A stretch of 64,000 nt of DNA from an uncultured Verrucomicrobiae bacterium. Lineage in GTDB: Bacteria > Verrucomicrobiota > Verrucomicrobiia > Chthoniobacterales > Chthoniobacteraceae. The stretch spans positions 128,001-192,000 of the forward strand of contig CAVYKI010000006.1 of assembly GCA_963769025.1 (NCBI GenBank). Direction: 5' to 3'. Positions 31,079-40,520 of this stretch are shown here, in pieces. Below the pieces are notes generated by a model. The model did no database searches. It saw nothing but the letters and a program-made list of their open reading frames with translations, and was not told the origin of the DNA. Numbering within the stretch: position 1 is the first letter of the stretch; every line of letters starts with the position of its first letter. The position numbers were made by a program, and so were the translations under genes.

Positions 31079-33613
31079 GTGCCGAAGTCTGACCTTCCCA
31101 TTTACGAACTCGAATCCGCCGTTGTGGACGCGCTCACGGCGGACAACCGGCTCATCCTGCAGGCGCCGACTGGGTCGGGGAAATCCACGCAGATTCCGCA
31201 GATCCTGCTCGACCGCGGGCTTGGGGGGAACGGGCAGATCATCGTGTTGCAGCCGCGGCGGCTCGCGACGCGGATGCTTGCGGCTCGCGTGGCGAGCGAG
31301 CGCGGGCAGCGGCTCGGGGATGAGGTGGGTTACCAGATCCGGCTCGATCGCGTGGCGTCGGATCGCACGCGGATTCTGTTCGTCACCGAGGGCGTGCTGC
31401 TGCGGCGGATGCTGAACGATCCGAATCTGCGCGGCGTTTCGGCGATCCTTTTCGACGAGTTTCACGAGAGGCACCTTTACGGCGACATCACGCTGGCGCG
31501 TGCGCTGGGGCTTCAGGAAAAGCAGCGGCCCGACCTGAAGCTTGTGGTGATGTCTGCGACGCTCGAAACGGGCGTGCTGGAGAAATACCTCGCACCGAGC
31601 CGGACGCTCACGAGTGCGGGGCGGACGTTTCCGGTCGAGATGGAATACCTCGAACGCTCCATTCGCGCGGATGAATTCCCGGTGTGGGATGCGGCGGCGA
31701 ACGAACTTGAGAACCTCGCGCCGCGCACGAGCGGCGACGTGCTCATCTTCATGCCGGGGGCTTACGAAATCTCGCGCACGATTTCGGCGGTTCGCGCATC
31801 TGCAGTGGGACGGGATTTCATCGTGCTGCCGTTGCACGGCGAGCTGCCGGCGAATGAGCAGGACGCGGCGGTCGCGCGGTATGAGCAGCGGAAGGTGATC
31901 GTGAGCACGAATGTCGCGGAGACTTCGCTGACGATTGATGGCGTGCGCGTCGTCATCGACAGCGGGTTGGCGCGCATCGCGCGGTTCGATCCGAACCGGG
32001 GGATCAACACGCTGCTCATCGAGCGCATCAGCCGCGCGAGTGCGGAGCAGCGCGCCGGGCGGGCGGGGCGCACGGCGCCGGGTGTGTGCATGCGGCTGTG
32101 GACGGAGCGCGAGCATGCGGATCGGCCTGCGCAGGAATTGCCGGAGGTGAAGCGGCTCGATCTCGCGGAGGTCGTGCTCACGCTGAAGGCGGGCGGCGTG
32201 ACGGATGTCGCCAATTTTCGCTGGCTCGAAGCACCCGAAGCGAAGTCGCTCGAACGCGCGGAGACTCTCCTGCTCGATCTGGGTGCGACCGACAGGTCGG
32301 GGCAAATCACCGAGCTTGGCCGGCGGATGCTCGCCTTTCCCGCGCACCCGCGATACGCACGGATGCTGCTCGCTGCGCATGAGCGCGGGTGCGTGCCGAC
32401 GATTTGCCAGGTCGCGGCGATCACGCAGGGGAAGCCGATCCTCCACCGTTCGCAGGGCAAGCAGCAGCAGAATGACCGGGAGGATTTGCTCGGCGGTGAC
32501 GGGAGCAGCGATTTCTTCGTGCTGCTGCGCGCGCTGCGGCTTGCCGAGACTTCCAATTTCAATCCGCAGCGGCTGCGTCCGCTCGGCGTGAATGGCATCG
32601 CTTCGCGCGAGGCGCTCGCGCTTTCCAAACAGTTTCTCGACATCGCTCGCGCAGAGAAACTCGACACGGAGCCGCGCGATCCGAGCCCGGAGAATACCGC
32701 GCGGTGCATTCTTGCGGGATTTCCGGATCAGGTCGGCGTGCGGCTGGATCGCGGGACGTTGCGCGTGCAGCTCGTCCACGGGCGGCGCGGCGTGCTGGCG
32801 CGCGAGAGCGTGGTGCAGGAGGCGCCGCTGCTCGTCGCGAGCGAGGTGCGCGAGGTCGAGAGCCGCGACGACGTGCAGACGCTGCTCACGCTGGCGACGG
32901 CGGTGAAGGAGGAGTGGCTCATGGAGCTGTTCCCCGAGGCGTTCAACAAGACGACGGAGTATTTCTACGACACCACGCAGCGGCGCGTGATGTCGCGGAA
33001 GGTCACGCGTTTCCGTGACCTCGAAATCCGCGCCGAGCGCAGCGACGACGTGCCGAAGGAGCAGGCTGCGTCGCTGCTGGCGGCGGAGGTGGAGGCGGGG
33101 CGTTGTCCGCTGGACAACTGGAACTTCGACGTGGAGCAGTGGATCGTCCGGCTGAACAAGCTCGCCGAATGGTGCCCGGAATACGAACTGCCGCCGCTCA
33201 CGCAGGCGGACCGGCGCACGCTGCTCGATCAGCTTTGCCTCGGGGCGATGAGCTACCGCGAGATCAAGGATCGCGCCGTGTGGCCGGTGTTGAAGTCGTG
33301 GCTCTCAGCCGCGCAACTCGACCTGCTGGATCGCATGGCACCGGAACGCTTCGACCTGCCCGGAGGGCGGCGGGCGAAAATCACCTACGCCGAGAATGCC
33401 CCGCCGACGCTCGCGGCGCGCATCCAGGATCTCTACGGCGTGGACGGCGACCTGCGCATCGCGGGCGGCAAGGTGTCGCTCGTCATCCAAGTCCTCGCTC
33501 CAAACCAGCGGCCGGTGCAGGTCACGACGAGCCTCTCGAACTTTTGGAAGGAGAGCTACCCGAAGCTGAAGCAGGAACTCTCGCGCAAGTATCCGAAGCA
33601 CGAGTGGCGGTAG
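31079..33613 (+). CDS. hrpB: ATP-dependent DEAH helicase HrpB
   Basis: APTGSGKST, DEFHER, MSAT, TNVAETSLTI, QRAGRAGR; C-terminal LAPNQRPVQVT..L..FW..YP....L...YPKHEW. Confidence 0.95.
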   Translation: MPKSDLPIYELESAVVDALTADNRLILQAPTGSGKSTQIPQILLDRGLGGNGQIIVLQPRRLATRMLAARVASERGQRLGDEVGYQIRLDRVASDRTRILFVTEGVLLRRMLNDPNLRGVSAILFDEFHERHLYGDITLARALGLQEKQRPDLKLVVMSATLETGVLEKYLAPSRTLTSAGRTFPVEMEYLERSIRADEFPVWDAAANELENLAPRTSGDVLIFMPGAYEISRTISAVRASAVGRDFIVLPLHGELPANEQDAAVARYEQRKVIVSTNVAETSLTIDGVRVVIDSGLARIARFDPNRGINTLLIERISRASAEQRAGRAGRTAPGVCMRLWTEREHADRPAQELPEVKRLDLAEVVLTLKAGGVTDVANFRWLEAPEAKSLERAETLLLDLGATDRSGQITELGRRMLAFPAHPRYARMLLAAHERGCVPTICQVAAITQGKPILHRSQGKQQQNDREDLLGGDGSSDFFVLLRALRLAETSNFNPQRLRPLGVNGIASREALALSKQFLDIARAEKLDTEPRDPSPENTARCILAGFPDQVGVRLDRGTLRVQLVHGRRGVLARESVVQEAPLLVASEVREVESRDDVQTLLTLATAVKEEWLMELFPEAFNKTTEYFYDTTQRRVMSRKVTRFRDLEIRAERSDDVPKEQAASLLAAEVEAGRCPLDNWNFDVEQWIVRLNKLAEWCPEYELPPLTQADRRTLLDQLCLGAMSYREIKDRAVWPVLKSWLSAAQLDLLDRMAPERFDLPGGRRAKITYAENAPPTLAARIQDLYGVDGDLRIAGGKVSLVIQVLAPNQRPVQVTTSLSNFWKESYPKLKQELSRKYPKHEWR

Positions 33614-33680
33614 GGCGCTTTCGCCGAAAGCGCCGGGGCGTGCGCGGAAAAGTGGGCGGCCTCGGCGAGGCGGCCCTACC
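33609..33680. repeat. GTAG-type REP-like inverted pair
   Basis: GGTAGGGCGCTTTCGCCGAAAGCGCC ... CGGCCTCGGCGAGGCGGCCCTACC between convergent genes. Confidence 0.6.
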
Positions 33681-33687
33681 ATGAAAA

Positions 33688-34947
33688 TCAGCGCGTGATT
33701 TTGCGCAGGTATTTTTCCGAGCGGAGGAAGAGCGTGCCGTTTGTCACGGCGCAGGTGGCCAGCGTGGGCTCGCCGATTTCGTTCTTCGCGAGGAGTTCGA
33801 AAGTTTTGCCGGCCTTCAGAACGTAGGTGATCCCGGTTTCGTTCTGGAAATAGACGCGTCCCTCGGCTGCGAAGGGCGAGGCGGAGAATCCGCCGCCGAG
33901 GCGTTCGCTCCAGTGGATTTCTCCGGTCTTTGCGTCGGCGCAACTCGCGATGCCGGCGTCGGAGACGAAGTAGAGTTCGTCGCCGAGCACGAGCATTGAG
34001 GCGCTGTGCGGGACGGCCTTGCCGTAGGTCCATGCGACGTTTGTTTCCGTGGCGTCGCCCTTCGCGCCGTCGGGGCGGACGGCGAGGAGCACGGGCTTGT
34101 TGAAGCTGGAGCTGACGAAGATGAGGCCGTGCGCGAAGACGGGGCGGGGGACGACGGAGTAGCCTTCGCCGTAGGTGGCGCGCCAGATTTCGCGGCCGTC
34201 GAGCGGGTCGTAGCTGCCGACAAATCCGCTGCCGGGGAGGATGACCTGCGTCGCGCCGCCGATGGTGATCGGGAGCGGGGTGGAGAAAGAGAACGGTTTT
34301 TGCGCCGTGGTGTTGCGCGGAGTTTTCCAGCGGACCTTGCCGGTGGCGGTATCGAGCGCGGCGACGAACGGATCCTTCGCGCCGTCGCAACTGAAGATCA
34401 ACGCGTCGCCGACGAGCGCGGGCGAGCCGCCGTTGCCGTGGACGGGCGCGTAGCCCAACTCGGTCTGCTTCCAGACGATCTTGCCGGCGAGGTCGAGCGC
34501 TGCTGTGCCCATGTGGCCGAAGTGAACGTAGAGCCGATCGGCGGTGACGATTGGCGTGCCGCTCGCGAGCGAGTTCTTTTTGTGCATCGCCGCGGCGGCT
34601 GCGGAATCCGGCGTGAAGATCTCCGTGTCCCAGAGCGTGCGGCCGTCCGCTGCGTCGAGGCAGAGCGCGTGGAGCGTGATGCCGCTCGTGCTGTCGCCCA
34701 CGGCGGTGGTGAGGTAGAGGCGGCCTTTCGCGAGCACCGGCGAAGACCAGCCCTTGCCGGGGATCTCCACTTTCCACGCGACGTGCTGCGTGTCGCTCCA
34801 CTCGATGGGCACGCCGGTCGCGTCGGAGACGCCCTGGCCGGTCGGGCCGCGGAATTGCGGCCAGTCGGCATCGGCGGCATGTGCGGTGACGAAACCGAGC
34901 ACGACGAGGGCAGCGAGGGAGCGGAGAGGACTTTTTGGATATTTCAC
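33688..34947 (-). CDS. PQQ-type beta-propeller (BamB-like repeat) exported protein
   Basis: Signal peptide; DWPQFRGPTGQG; GWSSPV; repeated ALD..TG...W; FSASP. Confidence 0.85.
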   Translation of the reverse strand: MKYPKSPLRSLAALVVLGFVTAHAADADWPQFRGPTGQGVSDATGVPIEWSDTQHVAWKVEIPGKGWSSPVLAKGRLYLTTAVGDSTSGITLHALCLDAADGRTLWDTEIFTPDSAAAAAMHKKNSLASGTPIVTADRLYVHFGHMGTAALDLAGKIVWKQTELGYAPVHGNGGSPALVGDALIFSCDGAKDPFVAALDTATGKVRWKTPRNTTAQKPFSFSTPLPITIGGATQVILPGSGFVGSYDPLDGREIWRATYGEGYSVVPRPVFAHGLIFVSSSFNKPVLLAVRPDGAKGDATETNVAWTYGKAVPHSASMLVLGDELYFVSDAGIASCADAKTGEIHWSERLGGGFSASPFAAEGRVYFQNETGITYVLKAGKTFELLAKNEIGEPTLATCAVTNGTLFLRSEKYLRKITR

Positions 34948-35071
34948 GGGCGAGGAGGGGTAGGTGGCGGTGTGCGGATTGCCAAGTCGCGGGACACGGA
35001 ATGCTTTGTGCGAATTTTTATCCTCACGAACCCGCTCGCCATCGCCAGCGGCATGGCTACAACGCCGCGGA

Positions 35072-35761
35072 ATGCTTTCCCTGATCATCCCGCTCTACAA
35101 CGAGGAGGACAATGTCGCCCCGTTGCAGGACGAGCTTGCCGTGGCGCTGAAGGGGCATGAGTACGAGCTGATCCTCGTGGACGATTGCTCGACGGACAAA
35201 ACACTGGAGCGGATCCGGCGCGGGCCGGGCGTGCGCGTGATCGAGTTTGAAAAGAACACCGGCCAGAGCGCGGCGATGTTCGCGGGCTTCATGGCGGCGA
35301 AGGGGGACATCCTCGTGACGATGGACGGCGACATGCAGAACGACCCCGCGGACATTCTCCGCATGCTCGACAAGGTGGGCGAGGGCTTCGATTTCGTGGT
35401 CGGCTGGCGCAAGCAGCGGCAGGATAATCTCTCGAAGAAAATCAGCAGCCGCATCGCGAACTTTGTGCGGAGCCGGTTCACGCGCGATGGCGTGCACGAC
35501 ACGGGATGCTCGCTGAAGGTGATGCGGCGCGAGTGCCGCGACGCGCTGTTTCTTTTCCGCGGGATGCACCGCTTTATCCCGGCGCTCGTGAAGGGGCAGG
35601 GCTACAAAATCACCGAGCTGCCTGTGAATCACCGGCCGCGCACGGCGGGCGTGAGCAAGTACGGCTTTGGCAGCCGGGCGTGGAAGGCGACCTGCGACAT
35701 GCTGGCGGTGCGGTGGTTTCTTTCGCGGCAGTTGAAGCTGCGGATCCGGCGCGAGTCGTAA
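35072..35761 (+). CDS. GT2 glycosyltransferase (polyprenol-phosphate glycosyltransferase-like)
   Basis: IIPLYNEE, VDDCSTD, NTGQSAA, MDGDMQNDP, DTGCSLK, HRFIPAL, R.AG.SKY. Confidence 0.9.
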   Translation: MLSLIIPLYNEEDNVAPLQDELAVALKGHEYELILVDDCSTDKTLERIRRGPGVRVIEFEKNTGQSAAMFAGFMAAKGDILVTMDGDMQNDPADILRMLDKVGEGFDFVVGWRKQRQDNLSKKISSRIANFVRSRFTRDGVHDTGCSLKVMRRECRDALFLFRGMHRFIPALVKGQGYKITELPVNHRPRTAGVSKYGFGSRAWKATCDMLAVRWFLSRQLKLRIRRES

Positions 35762-35955
35762 GAAATCGCGAGCCGCATAAACATTTTTCTTGGTAACCGC
35801 CGCGGAAGTGTTACAAAGCCGTTACAGAGAAAGAAAACTTTCCCCCTAGTAAATAAACGCGGCCCGAAGCTCGCCCAGTGCTACGGGCCGCGTTTCCTTT
35901 TCTGGCAAAAAAAAATCTCTCGGAGCGGCGGGTGGGGACGGATACGAAGCGGTGC

Positions 35956-36513
35956 ATGCTGAACGATATCGAGCGCACGCTTTTCCACGAGCAGACGATC
36001 CTGCTCCGGCTCGATGAACTTGGCGCGCAAATCACGCGCGATTACGACGGACGCGACCTCACGGTGATCGCCGTGCTGAATGGCAGCATCCTTTTCGTCG
36101 CGGACCTCATGCGGCGCATCCAGCTCGCGCTGCGGCTGGATTGCCTCAGCGTCTCGAGCTACCACGGCGGGACGGAGAGCTCGGGGACGGTGACTTTCGA
36201 CCAGACCTCGCTGCCGGACGTCGATGGGCGCCACGTGCTCATCCTCGACGACATCCTCGACACCGGGCGCACGCTTCACGCCATCCGGCGGCGGCTGAAT
36301 GAGGAGGCGAATGCGCTGAGCGTGCGCATCTGCGTGCTGCTGCGAAAGGAGAAGGTGCGCACCGAGGAACTCGACGCGGACTACGTGGGTTTCGACATCG
36401 GCGACGAGTTCGTCGTCGGCTACGGGCTCGATTACATGGAGCAGTATCGGAACCTCCCGTTCATCGGCGTGCTGAAGCCCGGCAGCCTTGCAGCGGACAA
36501 GGTGTGCGCTTGA
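35956..36513 (+). CDS. hpt: Hypoxanthine phosphoribosyltransferase
   Basis: VLNGSILFVADL, SSYHG, LDDILDTGRTL, FVVGYGLDY..YRNLP. Confidence 0.95.
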   Translation: MLNDIERTLFHEQTILLRLDELGAQITRDYDGRDLTVIAVLNGSILFVADLMRRIQLALRLDCLSVSSYHGGTESSGTVTFDQTSLPDVDGRHVLILDDILDTGRTLHAIRRRLNEEANALSVRICVLLRKEKVRTEELDADYVGFDIGDEFVVGYGLDYMEQYRNLPFIGVLKPGSLAADKVCA

Positions 36514-36521
36514 ATGACGCC

Positions 36522-36875
36522 ATGATCGACCCCGCCATGTTCGTCTTCCGCAATCCCGAAGCCTCCGGCACGCCGCCGCTGAGCCAGCCGAGATCCGAAC
36601 GGACTTCGGATGAGTTGGAGATGCGGGCCGACATCGAGCGGCTGTATTTCATCACCGAGGCGCTGTGGCGAATCCTGAAGGAAAAGCACGGGCTCGATGA
36701 CCTGGAGATCGTGCGGCAAATCACGACGATCGACATGGAGGACGGCAAGCTCGACAGCCGGAAGGCGAAGACCCCGCCGCAGCCGTGCCCGAAGTGCAAC
36801 CGCGTCCTCGGCAAGCAGCGCACAAAGTGCATGTATTGCGGCGAACTGATCGTCGTGAATCCGTTCGAGCGGTGA
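36522..36875 (+). CDS. Hypothetical protein with C-terminal zinc ribbon
   Basis: EALWRILKEKHG...ID.EDGKLD; CPKC...CMYCG; start uncertain. Confidence 0.65.
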   Translation: MIDPAMFVFRNPEASGTPPLSQPRSERTSDELEMRADIERLYFITEALWRILKEKHGLDDLEIVRQITTIDMEDGKLDSRKAKTPPQPCPKCNRVLGKQRTKCMYCGELIVVNPFER

Positions 36876-37054
36876 TGCCAGCGGTACAGCGCGCAGTCCG
36901 CGCATTTGCGAACGCGTAACGCCGCAGCCGCCGCGCGGGTTCCCTTCCCGCTGCATCTCTGCATTGAGAGCGCAATCCCTTCACGCCCTCTAAGACTTCT
37001 CCGCTTCCGAGCTTGTGAATGGGACATCTCCCCGGGGCGGCAACATGGCAGCTT

Positions 37055-37309
37055 ATGAAACGAATACTCGCGGAACTTTTGAGCCGAAACGTCATCTCCG
37101 ACATCACCGTCATGCGGTGCTTGCAGGGATCCTGCTTTGTGACCGCAGGTTTGGTATTCGGCTACGGCATCTGGAATCTCGCCCATCTCGACCTGAGTGC
37201 GGCGCAGATATTGTTGGGGATTGTGTGGACCACCTTCCTCCCGCTGATGCTTGCCGGCAGCGGTCTGCTGCTCCCGATGCTCGCGAAGCGAAAGGACGAG
37301 CAGAGCTGA
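37055..37309 (+). CDS. Small hypothetical membrane protein
   Basis: Two hydrophobic segments and a charged tail; fills an intergenic gap. Confidence 0.45.
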   Translation: MKRILAELLSRNVISDITVMRCLQGSCFVTAGLVFGYGIWNLAHLDLSAAQILLGIVWTTFLPLMLAGSGLLLPMLAKRKDEQS

Positions 37310-37455
37310 CGGGAGCGCGCGCGTAGGGGCAGCGGTTTGTGGAATGTGACGCTCCCGTCCCGCGTTGCCCAGTCGCGGGCGGGTTAAAGCAAACCGCCAG
37401 GCATCCTGGCGCGTTCCAAGAGGGCCGGATCCTGGGAGGCTGCGCTGAGCGCCGG

Positions 37456-38616
37456 CTACAACTGCCCGTAGAGGATCTCCAGCGTGAGGGTGCAGTAGGT
37501 CGTCACGAGCACGCTGTTGTTTTCTTTCCAGCGCGGCGTCTCGTTGAGCCACGAACCGTCCTGCTGTTGCAGCTTCATGAGGCGCATCGCGAGTTCGCGC
37601 CTCCAGTCCACCTTCTTGCCGCCGATTTCCATCTCGGTGATGCCCGCGGCGGTGAGGCCCTTGGCCATGAGGTGCAGGTAGTAAAAGTAGCCCTGCTGTT
37701 CGAGGCCTGGATTTTCAGCGAGGGTGTAGTTCTTCTTCAGCCATTCGACGGCGGCGGTCACGCGCGGGTCGTCCTTTTTCACGTCGGCGTAGATGAAGCT
37801 GAGCAGGCCGGCGTAGCTCATCGAGCCGTAGCTGCGCAGCGCCTTGCCGCCGCCTTCGAGGGTCGCTTCGCCGGCGTTGCTGTAGCCGGGGTAGTAGATG
37901 AAGCCGCCCTTGTTCGCGGGGTCGCCGCTCGCCCACTTTTCCTTGTTGTGGGAGGGCAGGTTCTGCGTGCGGGTCACGAAATCAATCGCGGCCTGCCAGT
38001 CCAGGTCCTTCGTGCCGGGTTTGTCGGCCACGAGATGCTTCGTGGCGCGGAGTGCCTCGAGCGCGACGACCGTGTTGTCGAGGTCGGGATGCCCGCGCTT
38101 CGGGCTCGCGCCGACGCTGCCGTAGCCGATGCCACCGTCCGTCTCCGGCTTTGCCATGCCGCTCGCCTGCTGGCCGACGACGTAGGCGCGGGCCTTCACC
38201 AGGGTGTCGAGATCCTTCGGCTCATTCGCGCCATTCAGCGCGAGCAGGCAGACGGACGTGTTGTAGTTCGCGAGGCCGGAGTCCTTGTTATAGATGCCGC
38301 CATCCGGCTGCACGAAGCCGCGCAGGTAGGCGTATCCCTTTCCGAGAAAATCCGCCTTTGCAAAACGCCCGGTGGGTTCGCGCTGGAATGCGATGAGCGG
38401 GAGCGCCGTGAGCGCGGGATGCAGCGTGTCCTTGCCGAAGCTGCCGTCGGGATTCTGCTGCATGCGCAGCCATTCCAGACCGCGTTCGAGGGAGTCGCGG
38501 ATTTCGTTGCGGAAGGAGAGGTTCTTTTCGTCCTTCGGGAGCGGTTCGTTGGCGGCCTGCGTCCATGCGGCAGCTCCCAGGATCAGTGTGGCGGCGAGAA
38601 AAAGGCGGCGTTTCAT
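37456..38616 (-). CDS. Exported prenyltransferase/squalene-oxidase-repeat protein
   Basis: Signal peptide MKRRLFLAATLILG; QW-like repeats GLEWLRMQQNPDGSF, QPDGGIY, LQQQDGSW; GGFIY; YGSMSYAGL; no DXDD. Confidence 0.8.
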   Translation of the reverse strand: MKRRLFLAATLILGAAAWTQAANEPLPKDEKNLSFRNEIRDSLERGLEWLRMQQNPDGSFGKDTLHPALTALPLIAFQREPTGRFAKADFLGKGYAYLRGFVQPDGGIYNKDSGLANYNTSVCLLALNGANEPKDLDTLVKARAYVVGQQASGMAKPETDGGIGYGSVGASPKRGHPDLDNTVVALEALRATKHLVADKPGTKDLDWQAAIDFVTRTQNLPSHNKEKWASGDPANKGGFIYYPGYSNAGEATLEGGGKALRSYGSMSYAGLLSFIYADVKKDDPRVTAAVEWLKKNYTLAENPGLEQQGYFYYLHLMAKGLTAAGITEMEIGGKKVDWRRELAMRLMKLQQQDGSWLNETPRWKENNSVLVTTYCTLTLEILYGQL

Positions 38617-39359
38617 TTTGAGGGTTTTTCCTTGGGTTCGAGTCTGATGGTAAATTCCACCGGCGTTCCGACCGGCGGCACGGCCTCGGTTTTGACGAAC
38701 CAGATATGGTCGTCGTTCGATCCGGAGCGCGGATTGTTGATGAGCGCGCCGGGGAATGTGACCATCGCGGCGAAAGTCCCGTCCGCCTGCGCAATGAATC
38801 GGTTTTCGTAAAAATAGCTGCCCGTGTAGAGCCATGGGCCGTCTTCGGCACCGACGTTTTTCCCCGGCTTCTTCGGCGGGAAAATCCTCCGCATGATCCA
38901 GCGCTCCGGCGGCACGGTCTGTTCCTTTCCGGACTTGTCCGTCCATTTGACGCTCAGGAAAATCCGGTCACCCGTGAGCTTCGGTGCCTTCGCGAGGTAT
39001 TCGGCGTCGATCCTGGCCGGTTCCTTTCGGTCCAGCTTTTGCGCCATGCCTTTTGCGCCGAGGAGGAGCATCGCCATGTGGACATCCTGCGGCGCGGCGT
39101 CGCTCACGAACAGGCTCTCATGCACCGGCCCCTGCGTCGTCACGAGCAGGTATTCCAGCAGCCCGTCGTCCATCTGCACCTTCGCGGGGAAGGTCACCGT
39201 CCCCGCGTTCTTGTCGAGCTGGACGGTGCCGACCTTGAAGATGCCCGGTGCGATTTCCTTTGGCGGCGAAAACTCCGGTGGCGGCTGCGCGAGCAACGTC
39301 GCGGGATTCGCGAGAAACGGAGCAATGGAAAGAAAGGCGATGGCGATTCGTGCGAGCAT
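38613..39359 (-). CDS. Exported YdjY-like domain protein
   Basis: Signal peptide; LEYLLV....HESLF....P.DVH.AMLLLGA; W.YTGS; VPPVGTPVEFTI. Confidence 0.65.
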   Translation of the reverse strand: MLARIAIAFLSIAPFLANPATLLAQPPPEFSPPKEIAPGIFKVGTVQLDKNAGTVTFPAKVQMDDGLLEYLLVTTQGPVHESLFVSDAAPQDVHMAMLLLGAKGMAQKLDRKEPARIDAEYLAKAPKLTGDRIFLSVKWTDKSGKEQTVPPERWIMRRIFPPKKPGKNVGAEDGPWLYTGSYFYENRFIAQADGTFAAMVTFPGALINNPRSGSNDDHIWFVKTEAVPPVGTPVEFTIRLEPKEKPSK

Positions 39360-39389
39360 GTTCGGGGTGCACTGAAACAAAGCGGAGTT

Positions 39390-40520
39390 TCAGCGGCGGA
39401 GCAACATCGGTTCGGCCCACGTGCCCGTGCCTTCCGCGCCTTCGATGCGCAGCGTGAGGCTGTCGGCACCCGGCACGGCGCAACGCAGCACCGCGGGCGG
39501 ATCTCCGGCGGCGAGCGGCGCGCTGCGGCCCGCGAGCTTGTTGTCGGCATAGACGGTGAAAGTGAGCCGCTGACCCGCGGGCGTCCCGGCTCCGGCGGCG
39601 ACGAGCGCGAAGAATGTGCCCGAGCCCGGCGCAGGCTTCCACCAGACCGTGGCGCCCGCGACGCACTCGAAGCCGGCGGCCACCGTGCGGTTGCCGAGCT
39701 TCAGCGCGCCGCCGTCGAGGGAGCGGTTTGCCGAAAAGCAATTCGCCGCGTTCCGGCCTGGCGCGGGGTCCACGCGCGTGGGTTTGATCTCATCCAGCGG
39801 CAGCAGCCGCGTGGCGCTCGCGCGGATCTCCACGAGTTCCGCGAGCGGAATCCGCAATCCGTCGTACAGCGGATGCCGCAGCGCGATGCCGCCGCCGTCG
39901 CCCGCGAGCACATCAAGCGCGGGGTAGATGCTTCCGTCGCGCGTCGCCACGTCGAACGCCGCCGGTTGGGCCTTCACCTCGCGCAGGATGAGGGCCTGCA
40001 CGTCCTTCGCCGCGAAAGTGCGCGGGCCGAAAATTGGGTTCAGCACCTTTGCTGTCGTCGCATCGCCGCCGCGGGGTGTGCCTTCACAAAAATCCCCGCC
40101 CGGCAGCAGCGCGCCCGTCTTTCCGCGTGGCATCTGCGCGACGAGTGTCGCGCCAAACGGCTGGTAGATCGCCCACGCGATGTCCTTTGAAGGGATCGCG
40201 ATGCGCTTCTTCTCAAAGCGCACGAGTGGCTCACCGAGCGACGAAAACGTGCCCGCGATCCGCCCGCCGTTCACGAGCAACACGCCCGGCTGGAATTCCG
40301 GCGTCGCGGTCGCGAACCGCGCGCGGAGGATCCCCGAAAGAGGCAGCTTCACCGTCGCGGCCGAACCGCGCACGACAAGTCCGCGGTCGATGCTCAGCTC
40401 GCCTTCGTGAAGTGCGCCGTCGATCGTGACTACGGTGCCCGCACGCGCACCGATCGCGAGTGCCGCCAGCAACGCCGCCAGCAGTGGGTTCCGGAGCCGC
40501 ATTTTCAAAGACGCGACCAT
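39390..40520 (-). CDS. Exported hypothetical protein with C-terminal NPCBM/NEW2-like domain
   Basis: Signal peptide; NRSLDGGALKLG...F.V.AD....LTLR......W.EP.L; start overlaps the upstream stop (TGATG). Confidence 0.6.
   Translation of the reverse strand: MVASLKMRLRNPLLAALLAALAIGARAGTVVTIDGALHEGELSIDRGLVVRGSAATVKLPLSGILRARFATATPEFQPGVLLVNGGRIAGTFSSLGEPLVRFEKKRIAIPSKDIAWAIYQPFGATLVAQMPRGKTGALLPGGDFCEGTPRGGDATTAKVLNPIFGPRTFAAKDVQALILREVKAQPAAFDVATRDGSIYPALDVLAGDGGGIALRHPLYDGLRIPLAELVEIRASATRLLPLDEIKPTRVDPAPGRNAANCFSANRSLDGGALKLGNRTVAAGFECVAGATVWWKPAPGSGTFFALVAAGAGTPAGQRLTFTVYADNKLAGRSAPLAAGDPPAVLRCAVPGADSLTLRIEGAEGTGTWAEPMLLRR

Noticed and set aside
37308..37397. HDV-like ribozyme
   Set aside because: Helix order is reminiscent, but the P3/L3 and P1.1 elements are not recognisable; kept only as a generic structure candidate.
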